From Ignavibacteriota bacterium (GTDB lineage: Bacteria; Bacteroidota; Ignavibacteria; Palsa-1295): DNA of 64,000 nucleotides. Of the stretch, positions 28,442 through 38,599 are shown piece by piece. A program made the position numbers and the translations under genes. Numbering within the stretch: the first letter of the stretch is position 1; the number at the start of each line of letters is the position of its first letter. The stretch covers positions 1,024,001 to 1,088,000 of the forward strand of contig CAWBEI010000002.1 in assembly GCA_963787835.1 (NCBI GenBank), read 5' to 3'. The notes beneath the pieces were generated by a model, which saw only the letters and a program-made list of their open reading frames with translations, was not told the origin of the DNA and ran no database searches.

Positions 28442-29902
28442 ATGAGTGCCAACGATACAAACGTGAAGCCGCAGACGATCGGTCATCCGAGCGGAAAGCC
28501 CGGAGAGTTCGACATCAACTCCCCGGATGGGCCGGTGCTCGCGCTCGGCCTGTCGTATGAAGCTGTTACTGACAAGATCTCCAACATTGTTCTCAAGATG
28601 GGAACGCCGCGTTGGTGGTTCGGCACCATGCTCATTTCCTCGTCACTCGCGGTCGGACTGTTGTTTGCGCTTACCGTATTGGTATTCAAGGGAATCGGGA
28701 TCTGGGGAAACAACCAGCCGATGGGCTGGGACTGGGATATTACCAATTTCGTTTGGTGGATCGGTATCGGTCATGCCGGAACGCTGATCTCAGCTATTCT
28801 TCTTCTGTTGAAGCAAGAGTGGCGCACTTCCATCAGCCGCTTTTCGGAAACGATGACGATCTTTGCGGTTATGTGCGCAGGCTTGTTCCCGGTGTTCCAT
28901 ACAGGCCGTCCGTGGCTCGCGTATTGGTTGTTTCCGCTTCCGAATACGATGGGTGTGTGGCCGCAGTTCAAGAGCCCGCTCGTGTGGGACGTATTTGCAG
29001 TATCGACATATTTTACGCTTTCGCTCGTGTTTTGGTATATCGGTATGGTTCCGGATTTTGGAACCTTGCGAGATCGTGCAAAGCCGACGTTCTTGAAGAA
29101 ATTTTACGGAATGCTCTCGATGGGCTGGCGCGGATCGACACGGCACTGGAGCCGTTATGAAACGGCGGCATTATTGCTTGCCGGACTTTGTACGCCGCTT
29201 GTCGTTTCCGTTCACTCGGTCGTTAGTATGGACTTCGCTGTTGGTATTGTGCCGGGCTGGCATACTACGATCTTCCCACCGTATTTCGTTGCGGGCGCTG
29301 TTTATTCCGGATTTGCGATGGTGCTGACGCTCGTCATACCCGCACGTAAACTGTTCGGGTTGGAAGAGTATATCACCATGCGCCATATCGATAGCATGGG
29401 TAAGGTGATGCTGGCGACGGGAATGATCGTTGGATACGCATATTCCTTCGAGCCGTTTTTCGGGCTTATCTACTCTGGCAGCAAATACGAGCATTTCCTG
29501 ATCCTGAATCGCGCGTTCGGACCCTATGCTGCATTTTACTGGGCGCTCGTGCTATGCAATGTGATCACGCCGCAGTTCTTATGGTTCAGGAAGATCCGTA
29601 AGAATCTGGTTGCGCTGTTCATTATCTCCATCATTGTCAATATCGGAATGTGGTTGGAGCGCTTCGTTATCATTGCCGTAAGCTTGCACCGCGATTTTCT
29701 CCCAAGCTCGTGGGGATATTTCAAACCGACCATTTTTGACGTGCTTACCTTCGCCGGTACGATCGGTTTCTTCGTAACGCTAATGTTGCTATTCCTGCGC
29801 GCGATGCCGGCGATCCCAATGTTCGAAATCAAAACGGCGCTTCCCCAAGCACATACCGATCGCGTGGATGAAGCAACCTATGAAGAGGAGGTCGCATCGT
29901 GA
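28442..29902 (+). CDS. actC: ACIII NrfD-like quinol-binding subunit
   Basis: NFVWWIGIGHAGTLISA, HTGRPW, SPLVWD, SVHSVVSMDF. Confidence 0.95.
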   Translation: MSANDTNVKPQTIGHPSGKPGEFDINSPDGPVLALGLSYEAVTDKISNIVLKMGTPRWWFGTMLISSSLAVGLLFALTVLVFKGIGIWGNNQPMGWDWDITNFVWWIGIGHAGTLISAILLLLKQEWRTSISRFSETMTIFAVMCAGLFPVFHTGRPWLAYWLFPLPNTMGVWPQFKSPLVWDVFAVSTYFTLSLVFWYIGMVPDFGTLRDRAKPTFLKKFYGMLSMGWRGSTRHWSRYETAALLLAGLCTPLVVSVHSVVSMDFAVGIVPGWHTTIFPPYFVAGAVYSGFAMVLTLVIPARKLFGLEEYITMRHIDSMGKVMLATGMIVGYAYSFEPFFGLIYSGSKYEHFLILNRAFGPYAAFYWALVLCNVITPQFLWFRKIRKNLVALFIISIIVNIGMWLERFVIIAVSLHRDFLPSSWGYFKPTIFDVLTFAGTIGFFVTLMLLFLRAMPAIPMFEIKTALPQAHTDRVDEATYEEEVAS

Positions 29903-30462
29903 AGCAATCCTCGTCAACGATGAAGAAATATCCGGTTTATGGCGTGATGGCAGAATATGAAACGCCATCCGCGCTCATTGCAGCTACGAAGCAAGCCTAC
30001 GATGCCGGTTACCGCGTGATGGATGCGTACACGCCGTTTCCGATCGAGGAAGTTTCCGAAATGCTCGGGTTCCTGCGGCATCATAATAAGGTTCCATTAG
30101 CCACGCTTATTGGCGGGTTACTTGGCGGAATTGGTGGATATACGCTGGCAAGCTTTGCTTCCTCGGTCTGGTATCCGCTTAATATTGCAGGCCGGCCGTA
30201 TATTACCTGGCCGATGTATATTCCCGTTACGTTCGAGAGCACCATTCTCATTGCCGGACTTAGCTGTGCGATCGGCATGCTTGCGATGAACGGGCTTCCC
30301 TCTCCGTATCATCCCGTCTTTAATGTTCCTGGGTTTAACCTCGCTACCAACAACCGCTTCTTTCTCTGCATCGAAGCGCGCGATCCGAAGTATAGCGAAG
30401 ATACCGTCACCGATTTCCTGAAACGAACGAAAGCAACGGAGGTGACGCGTGTCGAAGGATAA
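29899..30462 (+). CDS. actD: ACIII subunit D (DUF3341)
   Basis: DAYTPFP, YPLNIAGRP, PVTFE. Confidence 0.92.
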   Translation: MKQSSSTMKKYPVYGVMAEYETPSALIAATKQAYDAGYRVMDAYTPFPIEEVSEMLGFLRHHNKVPLATLIGGLLGGIGGYTLASFASSVWYPLNIAGRPYITWPMYIPVTFESTILIAGLSCAIGMLAMNGLPSPYHPVFNVPGFNLATNNRFFLCIEARDPKYSEDTVTDFLKRTKATEVTRVEG

Positions 30463-31120
30463 TTTGTCAATTAAGAATGAAGAATTAAGAATGAAGAGTA
30501 AGGGATTAGGATTCAAGCTTCTCCTTATTCTAAACTCTTCATTCTTAATTCTTAACTTGGCATCGTGCAGGCAGGATATGCAGGATCAACCGAAGTATCT
30601 GCCCTACCGCGGCAGTGAGATCTTTCCGGACAGCCTTTCCTCGCGCAATTTGGTCGAGGGCACAGTTCCACGTGGATATTTGCGAGAAGACCAGGCGATG
30701 TACACCGGCAAAACAGATGCACCGGTTGCGAGGTCCGCAAATGATACTTCCAAATCAGCAGTCAGCAATGACGTGAACGAATTCCCATTTCCGATCACTC
30801 GCGAAGTATTGGATCGCGGCGAAGAGCGATACAATATTTATTGCTCGCCGTGTCACGGAGTGCTTGGCGATGGAAAGGGTATGATCGCGAACCGAGGACT
30901 TCAGGGACCAGTTTCGTTCCATCAGGACCGGTTGCGGACTGCGCCGCTCGGCCATTTCTACGATGTCATCACCAATGGCTTTGGCAGAATGTCCGATTAC
31001 TCGATGCAGATCCCGCCGCATGAACGCTGGGCGGTTATCGCTTACATTCGCGCTCTTCAGCTCAGCCAAAATGCCAATGTCGCGGACATTCCGCCGGCAG
31101 ACATGCAAAATCTTAAATGA
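30449..31120 (+). CDS. actE: ACIII monohaem lipoprotein (alternative ATG at 30491)
   Basis: LASC-RQDMQDQPKY; YCSPCHG. Confidence 0.92.
   Translation: MSKDNLSIKNEELRMKSKGLGFKLLLILNSSFLILNLASCRQDMQDQPKYLPYRGSEIFPDSLSSRNLVEGTVPRGYLREDQAMYTGKTDAPVARSANDTSKSAVSNDVNEFPFPITREVLDRGEERYNIYCSPCHGVLGDGKGMIANRGLQGPVSFHQDRLRTAPLGHFYDVITNGFGRMSDYSMQIPPHERWAVIAYIRALQLSQNANVADIPPADMQNLK
30469..30557. repeat. Inverted tandem-heptamer element (AATTAAG/AATGAAG) forming the actE signal region
   Basis: Perfect 20-bp inverted repeat aagaattaagaatgaagagt / actcttcattcttaattctt. Confidence 0.85.
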
Positions 31121-31132
31121 CGGCCAACCAGA

Positions 31133-32323
31133 TTGACACAGACTAACTATACTGTTCCTGCTTCCATCGACCGCATCGGTCGTAATGGCATGATCGCGGC
31201 TGTGATCGGGCTTGTTTTGCTGCTCGTTTCGATCGTTGCGGTTTCGCCCACGCAATTTTTTCATTCCTATCTGCTGGGCTATGTCGTATTTCTCGGCCTG
31301 ACGATGGGCGGCTTCGGGCTGCTGATGCTGCAGTATCTTACGGGCGGCGCATGGGGCGTTGTGGCACGGCGTATTTTCGAAGCCAGTTCGCGATTGGTGC
31401 CGATCGCTGCGATACTTTTCCTTCCCATCCTTTTTGGAATGAAGGATATTTATAGCTGGCTCGATCCTCAAGTGCTCAAGACGAACGCTCTCGTCTCCGG
31501 AAAGTCGGATTATCTCAATGCACCTTTCTGGATCATCCGGGCAGTGCTTTATTTTGCGCTTCTCATCATCATTTCGCTGGTGCTGAATAAGTACGCGAAG
31601 AACATGGATGAACAGCCGGGTTTCAAGTGGAGCCGTAAGCTGGAAAATTTCTCGGGTGGAAGTTTGGTATTATTCTTTATTATCAGCACGCTTGCCGCTA
31701 CCGACTGGCTTATGTCCCTAACGCCAGAGTGGTACTCGACGATCTTCGGATTTATTATTATCGTTGGTCAAGGCATCATGGCGATGACCTTCACGATCAT
31801 AATGATCTGCATGCTTATGAAGGAAGAGCCGATGTCTTCCGTCATTAAGCCGATCCATCTTCATGATCTCGGTAAGCTGCTGTTCGCGTTCAACTTCCTC
31901 TGGGGTTACCTGATGTTCTCGCAATGGATCATTACTTATTCCGGCAATCTTCCGGATGAGATCATGTGGTACCACGAGCGCATTCGCGGCGGATGGGATA
32001 CTATTGCATATCTTGTGATCTTCGTGCATTTTCTGCTTCCATTTGCGCTATTGCTTTCGCGGGATACCAAGCGCAGCGCCAAGCGGCTTGTTCCGGTTGC
32101 CGCACTGCTATTTATCATGCGGATCGTGGATCTGTACTGGCTTATCGAGCCGAATTGGCACCGAGAAGAATTCTTTTTTAGCTGGGCCGATGTTGCGGCA
32201 CCGCTCGGCTTTGCCGGCCTATTCCTTTGGCTGTGGGTCTGGCAATATAAGAAACGCGGTATGCTTCCAACCGGCGAGCCGGATCTCGCTGAGGCGCTTC
32301 ATCCGAAAGGAGCACATTCCTAA
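31133..32323 (+). CDS. actF: ACIII membrane subunit F
   Basis: About 10 TM helices; DWLMSL.PEWYST, HDLGKLL, WGYLMFSQ, GNLPDE. Confidence 0.92.
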   Translation: MTQTNYTVPASIDRIGRNGMIAAVIGLVLLLVSIVAVSPTQFFHSYLLGYVVFLGLTMGGFGLLMLQYLTGGAWGVVARRIFEASSRLVPIAAILFLPILFGMKDIYSWLDPQVLKTNALVSGKSDYLNAPFWIIRAVLYFALLIIISLVLNKYAKNMDEQPGFKWSRKLENFSGGSLVLFFIISTLAATDWLMSLTPEWYSTIFGFIIIVGQGIMAMTFTIIMICMLMKEEPMSSVIKPIHLHDLGKLLFAFNFLWGYLMFSQWIITYSGNLPDEIMWYHERIRGGWDTIAYLVIFVHFLLPFALLLSRDTKRSAKRLVPVAALLFIMRIVDLYWLIEPNWHREEFFFSWADVAAPLGFAGLFLWLWVWQYKKRGMLPTGEPDLAEALHPKGAHS

Positions 32324-32459
32324 TTAAGAATTGAAAATTAAGAATTAAGAATTTAAGAAAGGATTAGAATTAGGAGAAAAAAACATTTGAGAAACGATGG
32401 ATTGGTGATCGACGATCATCGAATTCCAATTCTTAATTTTTAATTCTTAATTGTAAATT
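32322..32459. repeat. Inverted tandem-heptamer element (AATTAAG)n
   Basis: aattaag aattgaa aattaag aattaag ... aattctt aattttt aattctt aatt. Confidence 0.85.
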
Positions 32460-32462
32460 GAC

Positions 32463-33071
32463 ATGAGCGGCCATAACACACACGAGCACGATCCGAAACG
32501 CGAGCAGGAACTCGCGGAGGAACTCGCTCGCGCCAAAGAAATTGGGCACGAAACGGGCGAGATCAATCCCGCGCCGGTCTATAAGTTCATGCTCTGGCTC
32601 GGCGCGTTCATGGTGTTTTCCTATTTCCTCGTCTATGGCATTCTAAAGATGAATGACCACCGAGTCGAGAAGGAAGATCAGATCAAAACACATCTTTCAC
32701 AATCGAAGTCCGATGAGCTTCCGCCATCTCCGCGGATGCCACTGATGCCTGGCTCGGAGGCGCACCCTCTTGATGAGGGCGTCCAGTATCGCGATTCCGT
32801 AACGGCTATACTCGAATCGTATGGGTATCTGAACAAGACCACTGGCTCGGTGCGTATCCCGATCGATCTCGCCAAAGAAGTGCTTTTGAAAAAAGGTTTA
32901 CCGGTTCGCGCGGGCGCAACCGAGGACGATGGCCGTATTATGGTTCCAGACTGGTCCAGCTCGGGGCGTGTTTCCGTTCGCCGAGACCAGCGCATCCCCG
33001 GCGAAACATTCACTGTCACCGGTGGAAACATAAACGTTAATGATACCACGGGAGGGATCGGAGCACAATGA
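32463..33071 (+). CDS. ActG-like single-TM protein
   Basis: Position between actF and SCO; LPPSPR, YGYLN....VRIPIDLA. Confidence 0.7.
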   Translation: MSGHNTHEHDPKREQELAEELARAKEIGHETGEINPAPVYKFMLWLGAFMVFSYFLVYGILKMNDHRVEKEDQIKTHLSQSKSDELPPSPRMPLMPGSEAHPLDEGVQYRDSVTAILESYGYLNKTTGSVRIPIDLAKEVLLKKGLPVRAGATEDDGRIMVPDWSSSGRVSVRRDQRIPGETFTVTGGNINVNDTTGGIGAQ

Positions 33072-33928
33072 AGCACTACATGGTCATCGTGATCGCGTGT
33101 GTCGTGAGCCTTGCTTGCATCAAGGACGCTTACGCTAGCGATGCGCCATTTTTTAAAGGCGATGTACAAGCACCGGCCGTTCAGCAAGGATTGCCGAAAA
33201 TAGAAAAGAATGTTGGGATCGATCAGCATTTGGGGCAGCAAGTAACGCTCGGCTTGCCCGTTCGCGATGAGAACGGGACGAAAACGACACTGGGATCTTA
33301 TTTTGGCAAACGCCCGGTCATTCTTGTAATGGCCTATTACGAATGCCCGAATCTTTGCACGATGGTCATGAATGGTGTTTTTGCCGGCATGATGCCGCTA
33401 TCCTTCGTGGCCGGCAAGGATTACGATGTGGTATCGGTGAGCATCAACCCGCATGATTCCTCCGCGCTTGCATTGCAGAAGAAAAATACCTATCTCAAGG
33501 GCTATCACCAGATGGACCATGCCGATGGTTACCATTTTCTGACAGCCGACGAGAGCACGATCGAACAGCTTTGCAAGGAAGTCGGCTTTCGGTATTCCTA
33601 CGATACGGAATCGCATCAGTTCGCACACGCAAGCGGAATTATGATCCTAACGCCGGATGGTAAACTATCACGGTACCTTATGGGGGTGGCGTTTGATGGG
33701 AAAGATCTAAAATATTCGCTGATGGACGCTTCTGGGGACAAAATAGGCTCGCTGACGGATAAGCTTGTCCTGTATTGCTATCATTACGATCCCAGCCAAA
33801 GCAAATACGGCCTTGCGATCGCCAACATTTTACGAGCGGGCGGAGTGGCCATTCTTCTTGTGATGGGAGCGATGTTCTATTCGTTTCGCCGTCGTTCGCG
33901 CAAGCTAAAATTAGCGCACCACGCATGA
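33068..33928 (+). CDS. SCO family copper chaperone
   Basis: YYECPNLC, FAHASG, YCYHYDP. Confidence 0.92.
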   Translation: MKHYMVIVIACVVSLACIKDAYASDAPFFKGDVQAPAVQQGLPKIEKNVGIDQHLGQQVTLGLPVRDENGTKTTLGSYFGKRPVILVMAYYECPNLCTMVMNGVFAGMMPLSFVAGKDYDVVSVSINPHDSSALALQKKNTYLKGYHQMDHADGYHFLTADESTIEQLCKEVGFRYSYDTESHQFAHASGIMILTPDGKLSRYLMGVAFDGKDLKYSLMDASGDKIGSLTDKLVLYCYHYDPSQSKYGLAIANILRAGGVAILLVMGAMFYSFRRRSRKLKLAHHA

Positions 33929-35055
33929 TAAGTAAGTTCATATTCGGATCGCCGACGATGCTGGGCATGTCCTGGATGCTGCCGGATCAGGCTTCGAGCT
34001 ACGCGCCCGATGTCGATAACCTCTATTTGTTCTTAGTCGGCCTGACGGTTTTCTTCACGGTGCTGATCGGGGCTGCGATCCTCTTCTTTTTTATTAAGTA
34101 TCGCCGAAGCGCGCATCCCGGAATTCCAAAACCGATCGAGGGGTCGATCATTCTTGAAAGCGCGTGGTCGATCATCCCGTTCATCATCTGCCTTTTTATT
34201 TTTGCGTGGGGCACGAAGATCTATCTGGAGCAATATACAGTTCCCAACGATGGCCTCGATATTTATGTGGTCGGCAAACAATGGATGTGGAAATTCCAAC
34301 ATCCCGAAGGCCAGCGCGAGATCAACGAACTTCATATTCCCGTCGGCAAGAAGATCCGGTTCATCATGGCGACCGAGGATGTGATCCACAGCTTCTACAT
34401 TCCGGCCTTTCGCATGAAGGAGGATGTCGTCCCGGGCCCGAACCGTTATACGACGGTCTGGGCGGAGGCCACGATGACAGGAACCTTCCACATCTTTTGC
34501 GCGGAATATTGCGGTACCAGCCACTCCGGGATGGTCGGCTGGGTGACCGTGATGAGCGATAAAGATTACGAAGCGTGGCTGAGCGGAGGTGCTGCACAAG
34601 GCTCGATGGCCGATCGCGGCGCGGCGCTCTTCCAATCGCTTGGATGTGTTACGTGCCATAAATCGGATGCGCAAGGCCAATGCCCGCGTCTGGAAGGAAA
34701 ATATGGCATCGAAGAATCGGTTCACACGACGTCAAGTCCGGATATATTCAAAGTTCAGGTGGACGATAGCTATATCCGTGAGTCGGTGCTGAGCCCGACG
34801 GCGAAGATCGTTGCGGGGTATCAGCCGATCATGCCATCGTTCCAGGGGCAGGTCAGTGAAGAGCAATTACAGATGCTGATCGCCTATATCAAGTCGATCG
34901 GTTCCGCGCCGACAACCGGGGAATTGAAAGCCGGAGCAGCAAAGGCTGGTACACCGAATGCGGCAACCGAGCGGCCACCCATCCTGACCGGGGAAACAAA
35001 TGCTGCGCAGCCACCATCTGAAAAACAATCACCGGAGCAAAAGTTGAAACCGTGA
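33925..35055 (+). CDS. coxB: Cytochrome c oxidase subunit II with fused cytochrome c (caa3)
   Basis: [22 protein letters not shown] (CuA), CVTCH. Confidence 0.95.
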   Translation: MISKFIFGSPTMLGMSWMLPDQASSYAPDVDNLYLFLVGLTVFFTVLIGAAILFFFIKYRRSAHPGIPKPIEGSIILESAWSIIPFIICLFIFAWGTKIYLEQYTVPNDGLDIYVVGKQWMWKFQHPEGQREINELHIPVGKKIRFIMATEDVIHSFYIPAFRMKEDVVPGPNRYTTVWAEATMTGTFHIFCAEYCGTSHSGMVGWVTVMSDKDYEAWLSGGAAQGSMADRGAALFQSLGCVTCHKSDAQGQCPRLEGKYGIEESVHTTSSPDIFKVQVDDSYIRESVLSPTAKIVAGYQPIMPSFQGQVSEEQLQMLIAYIKSIGSAPTTGELKAGAAKAGTPNAATERPPILTGETNAAQPPSEKQSPEQKLKP

Positions 35056-36716
35056 ACGCAACACAACCAATGGCAATGAGCGCAGAAGCGAACGTCGAAA
35101 CGCTCAATTATTTGAACAACGGCCACGGTTTGAAATCGTGGTTGCTGACGAAGGATCACAAACGTATTGCGATCCTCTATCTTATTTCGGTCGCGTTCTT
35201 TTTTAGCGTGGGCGGCATTTATGCGTTGCTTATCCGCATTAATCTGCTGTCGCCCGCGGGACTGTTCGATCCCGATACGTACAACCGTATTTTCACTACG
35301 CATGGGATCATTATGGTGTTCCTGTTCCTGGTGCCTGCGGTGCCCGCCATTCTTGGGAATTTCCTGCTGCCGATCATGATAGGAGCGAAAGATCTGGCAT
35401 TTCCCAAGATCAATCTTCTGAGTTGGTATTGCTATGTGTTCGCAGGATTATTCTTAGTGATTGCCGTTGTTGCCGGTGGCATCGATACCGGGTGGACGTT
35501 CTACACTCCCTATAGTACGAGCTACTCGAATTCGAATGTGCTGCTGGCCGGTATCGGTATTTTCATTGCCGGATTTTCTTCGATCCTGACCGGAATCAAT
35601 TTCATCGTAACGGTGCATACAATGCGCGCGCCGGGCATGACGTGGTTCCGGTTGCCGCTCTTTATTTGGGCGCATTATGCGACGGCGCTTGTCATTATGC
35701 TTGGTACGCCGGTTCTTGCGATCACGGTTGCGCTGATGGCCTTCGAGCGCATCACGCATGTCGGGATTTTCGATCCGGCGATGGGCGGCGATCCGGTGCT
35801 GTTCCAGCACATGTTCTGGTTCTATTCGCATCCGGCGGTGTATATCATGGTGTTGCCGGCAATGGGGGTGGTCTCCGAGCTTGTCGCGAATATGTCGCGA
35901 AAGAATATCTTCGGCTACAAATTCATTGCGATGTCCAGCCTGGCGATTGCAGTGTTCGGGTTCCTGGTATGGGGACATCATCTCTTCGTGGCCACGCAGT
36001 CAGTTTATCTTGGGATCATCTTTTCATTCTTAAGTTACGCGGTCGCTATTCCATCGGCTATTAAAGTGTTCAACTGGACGGCTACGCTGTATCGGGGTTC
36101 CATCTCCTACGATACTCCGATGCTCTACGCGCTCGGCTTTATCTTCCTGTTCCTCATCGGCGGATTGACCGGGCTCTTCCTTGCGGCGCTTGGTATCGAT
36201 GTTCATGTAACCGATACCTATTTCGTGATCGCGCACTTCCATTATGTGATGGTCGGCGGTTCGCTCATGGGATTTTTAGGCGGCATGCATTTGTGGTGGA
36301 GCAAAATGACGGGCCGCATGTATCCGGAAATGTGGGCGCGTGTAGCGACGATCGTTCAGTTCGTGGGATTCAACCTGACGTTCTTCCCGCAATTCATTCT
36401 GGGCTATTTGGGAATGCCGCGCCGTTATGCGGCGTATCCGCCGGAGTTCCAGGTGCTGCATGTGCTTTCGACAGCAGGCGCGAGCATTCTCGGTTTTGGC
36501 GTGATGATCACGATCGTGTATTTCCTCTGGTCGTTGAAGAATGGCAAACGTGCTCCTGCAAATCCGTGGGGCGCGCCGGGGCTGGAGTGGCGCATTGCTT
36601 CGCCGCCGCCGACCGAGAACTTTCTTGAAATGCCGGTCGTCACCTGGGAAGCCTACGATTTTTCTTCCGTACCGGAATTACAGAACGAAGCGGCGGCAGC
36701 GATCAGCGAGGGATAA
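35052..36716 (+). CDS. coxA: Cytochrome c oxidase subunit I, A2 type
   Basis: [35 protein letters not shown]. Confidence 0.97.
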   Translation: MNATQPMAMSAEANVETLNYLNNGHGLKSWLLTKDHKRIAILYLISVAFFFSVGGIYALLIRINLLSPAGLFDPDTYNRIFTTHGIIMVFLFLVPAVPAILGNFLLPIMIGAKDLAFPKINLLSWYCYVFAGLFLVIAVVAGGIDTGWTFYTPYSTSYSNSNVLLAGIGIFIAGFSSILTGINFIVTVHTMRAPGMTWFRLPLFIWAHYATALVIMLGTPVLAITVALMAFERITHVGIFDPAMGGDPVLFQHMFWFYSHPAVYIMVLPAMGVVSELVANMSRKNIFGYKFIAMSSLAIAVFGFLVWGHHLFVATQSVYLGIIFSFLSYAVAIPSAIKVFNWTATLYRGSISYDTPMLYALGFIFLFLIGGLTGLFLAALGIDVHVTDTYFVIAHFHYVMVGGSLMGFLGGMHLWWSKMTGRMYPEMWARVATIVQFVGFNLTFFPQFILGYLGMPRRYAAYPPEFQVLHVLSTAGASILGFGVMITIVYFLWSLKNGKRAPANPWGAPGLEWRIASPPPTENFLEMPVVTWEAYDFSSVPELQNEAAAAISEG

Positions 36717-36742
36717 TACGTTAACAGTAAATAGGTAAGAAG

Positions 36743-37630
36743 TTGTCAACCACAGAAACACAGATGGCACACGAACCAGAGGCGGGACACGCGGATCACA
36801 CTCCGGGTCTGGCGCATCACTTCGATTCCATGCCGCAGCAGCGCGAGGCTGGTACGCTCGGCATGTGGTGGTTCCTGCTGACGGAGATCATGTTCTTCGG
36901 CGGGATGATGCTTGCCTATACCGTCTATCGCCACATGTATTTCGATGCGTTCGCTGCCGGGAGTAATGTGCTGAGCATCTGGTGGGGCGCATTCAACACG
37001 GCGGTGCTGATCGGAAGCAGTCTTACGATGGCGCTTGCGGTGTGGCACGCGCAGCATGGGAACTCCAAAAAGATCGTGTTCTTTATTCTGTTCACCATCG
37101 TGCTGGGAAGCATCTTTTTGCGCGTGAAGTATATCGAGTATCACGATAAGTTCACCGAGCATGTGTTCCCCGCCGGGGATTTCCGCTGGCCGATCGCGCA
37201 TGAGTCGAACCGGCCGAATAATTTTGGCGATCTGCTGGGAATGCTCGTCGGTGTCGAGCATTTGAATGGCGAGAACGAGCCATCGGCTGCTACTGAAAAA
37301 CCTGCAACACCGGAAACCGCAACAACCGCTGCAGTAAAAGCCACACCGTATGGCCTGGGTGGCATTACTCCGGAAGAGGTTCAGGATCAAGCCAATTCCG
37401 GGCATGTGCGCATGTATTTTTGGCTGTATTTTGCCATGACCGGGTTCCATGCGCTGCACATGATCATCGGTATCGGGCTGCTATTAGTGCTCGCGTGGCA
37501 GGCGAACCGAGGAAAGTTTACGAAGGAATATCATTCCTACATCGAGCTGACGGGACTCTATTGGCACTTCGTCGATATTGTATGGATCTTCCTGTTCCCG
37601 CTGCTCTATTTAGTCGATAGGCACTTATAA
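36743..37630 (+). CDS. coxC: Cytochrome c oxidase subunit III
   Basis: [29 protein letters not shown]. Confidence 0.95.
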   Translation: MSTTETQMAHEPEAGHADHTPGLAHHFDSMPQQREAGTLGMWWFLLTEIMFFGGMMLAYTVYRHMYFDAFAAGSNVLSIWWGAFNTAVLIGSSLTMALAVWHAQHGNSKKIVFFILFTIVLGSIFLRVKYIEYHDKFTEHVFPAGDFRWPIAHESNRPNNFGDLLGMLVGVEHLNGENEPSAATEKPATPETATTAAVKATPYGLGGITPEEVQDQANSGHVRMYFWLYFAMTGFHALHMIIGIGLLLVLAWQANRGKFTKEYHSYIELTGLYWHFVDIVWIFLFPLLYLVDRHL

Positions 37631-37700
37631 AAGTGCTGGTAGTGCTAAAGTGCTGAGTGCTAAGAAGCTCAGCACTTTAGCACTCAGCACTTTAGCACTT
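37631..37700. repeat. Inverted tandem repeat with alternating 8/7-nt units (AGTGCTAA/AGTGCTG)
   Basis: Perfect 23-bp inverted repeat agtgctaaagtgctgagtgctaa (37641-37663) / ttagcactcagcactttagcact (37677-37699). Confidence 0.88.
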
Positions 37701-37706
37701 TCTCCT

Positions 37707-38003
37707 ATGTCAGAACACATCGTACCGAAAAAAACGTATTACCTCATCTTCAGCGCGCTCATGGTGGGCACGGCGCTGACGGTTATGTTCGCGTTCATCA
37801 ATCTTGGCAATTTCAATATTGTGGCCGCACTTGCCATTGCCATCATCAAGGCGACTCTGGTGGTTCTGTTCTTCATGCACGTCAAGTATTCTTCCCGGCT
37901 TACGAAGCTGTGGGTGGTCGTTGGGTTTGTGTGGCTTGGCATTATGCTTTCGATCACCATGACGGATTATCTCAGCAGGGCGTGGTTGGTGTATAAGCCG
38001 TAA
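37707..38003 (+). CDS. Cytochrome c oxidase subunit IV family protein
   Basis: IAIIKATLVVLFFMHVKY; ATG at 37707. Confidence 0.92.
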   Translation: MSEHIVPKKTYYLIFSALMVGTALTVMFAFINLGNFNIVAALAIAIIKATLVVLFFMHVKYSSRLTKLWVVVGFVWLGIMLSITMTDYLSRAWLVYKP

Positions 38004-38044
38004 GGTAAGTTTCTGTTTAGACTACAGTCTTAATTGATACCTAC

Positions 38045-38599
38045 TTAAGAAGCTTCCAGAATCTCTTTCTTAATCATTATCACTGCGGACTCGAAGGCTG
38101 TCCACAGTGAGTCGAACGATGCGAAGATGGTATTTAAGTTAGATGCATTTAAGGCGATGTGAGCACCGCTCAGAGGACCATGGGCAGCTTTCGGGTGTAT
38201 ATGAGGGCCGCATTTATATTGAAATTTTGCACCTAGCTTATAGAGCTGTGGATCGCAATGAAGGGCAAGATATTCCTTCTCCTCTGGGTCAGGCCGACGG
38301 ATAGTTTCATATAGATGTAAGTAACACTTTTCAAGTTTCCATTTCGATTCCGTATAAGGAACCCAAACTTCAAAGAAGCCAGCACGATAAAGTGCATTGA
38401 GACTCTTGAAACGCCAATCCCTGAAGTGGTCGTCGGGCTTGCTGCCTTGAAAAGCTGCAAGAGTATAGGTGCTTCCATTTAAAGCTCTCGCAACAGCAGG
38501 TGCCTGGCGCTCTGGCGCAAGTGTGCTAAGAACTTTTCGAATCGCGGTCGAACGCTTTGACAGATCAGCTTCCGACAATATTATAGTACTCATTGTCAT
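38045..38599 (-). CDS. Hypothetical protein with LHCDP...GPHIH...AH motif, overlapping the methyltransferase 3' end
   Basis: 184-aa ORF, same strand and AT-rich composition as the MTase, 35-nt overlap. Confidence 0.7.
   Translation of the reverse strand: MTMSTIILSEADLSKRSTAIRKVLSTLAPERQAPAVARALNGSTYTLAAFQGSKPDDHFRDWRFKSLNALYRAGFFEVWVPYTESKWKLEKCYLHLYETIRRPDPEEKEYLALHCDPQLYKLGAKFQYKCGPHIHPKAAHGPLSGAHIALNASNLNTIFASFDSLWTAFESAVIMIKKEILEAS

Noticed and set aside
27157-28452. 431-aa antisense ORF over actB (likewise 45037-45858, 61193-62074 and others)
   Set aside because: Antisense shadows of well-supported genes, expected from codon bias.
37650-37706. N-terminal extensions on oxidase subunit IV (MLSAKKLSTLALSTLAL) and Lgt (57889 start)
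   Set aside because: Translations of repeat arms; family-typical starts lie at 37707 and 57826.
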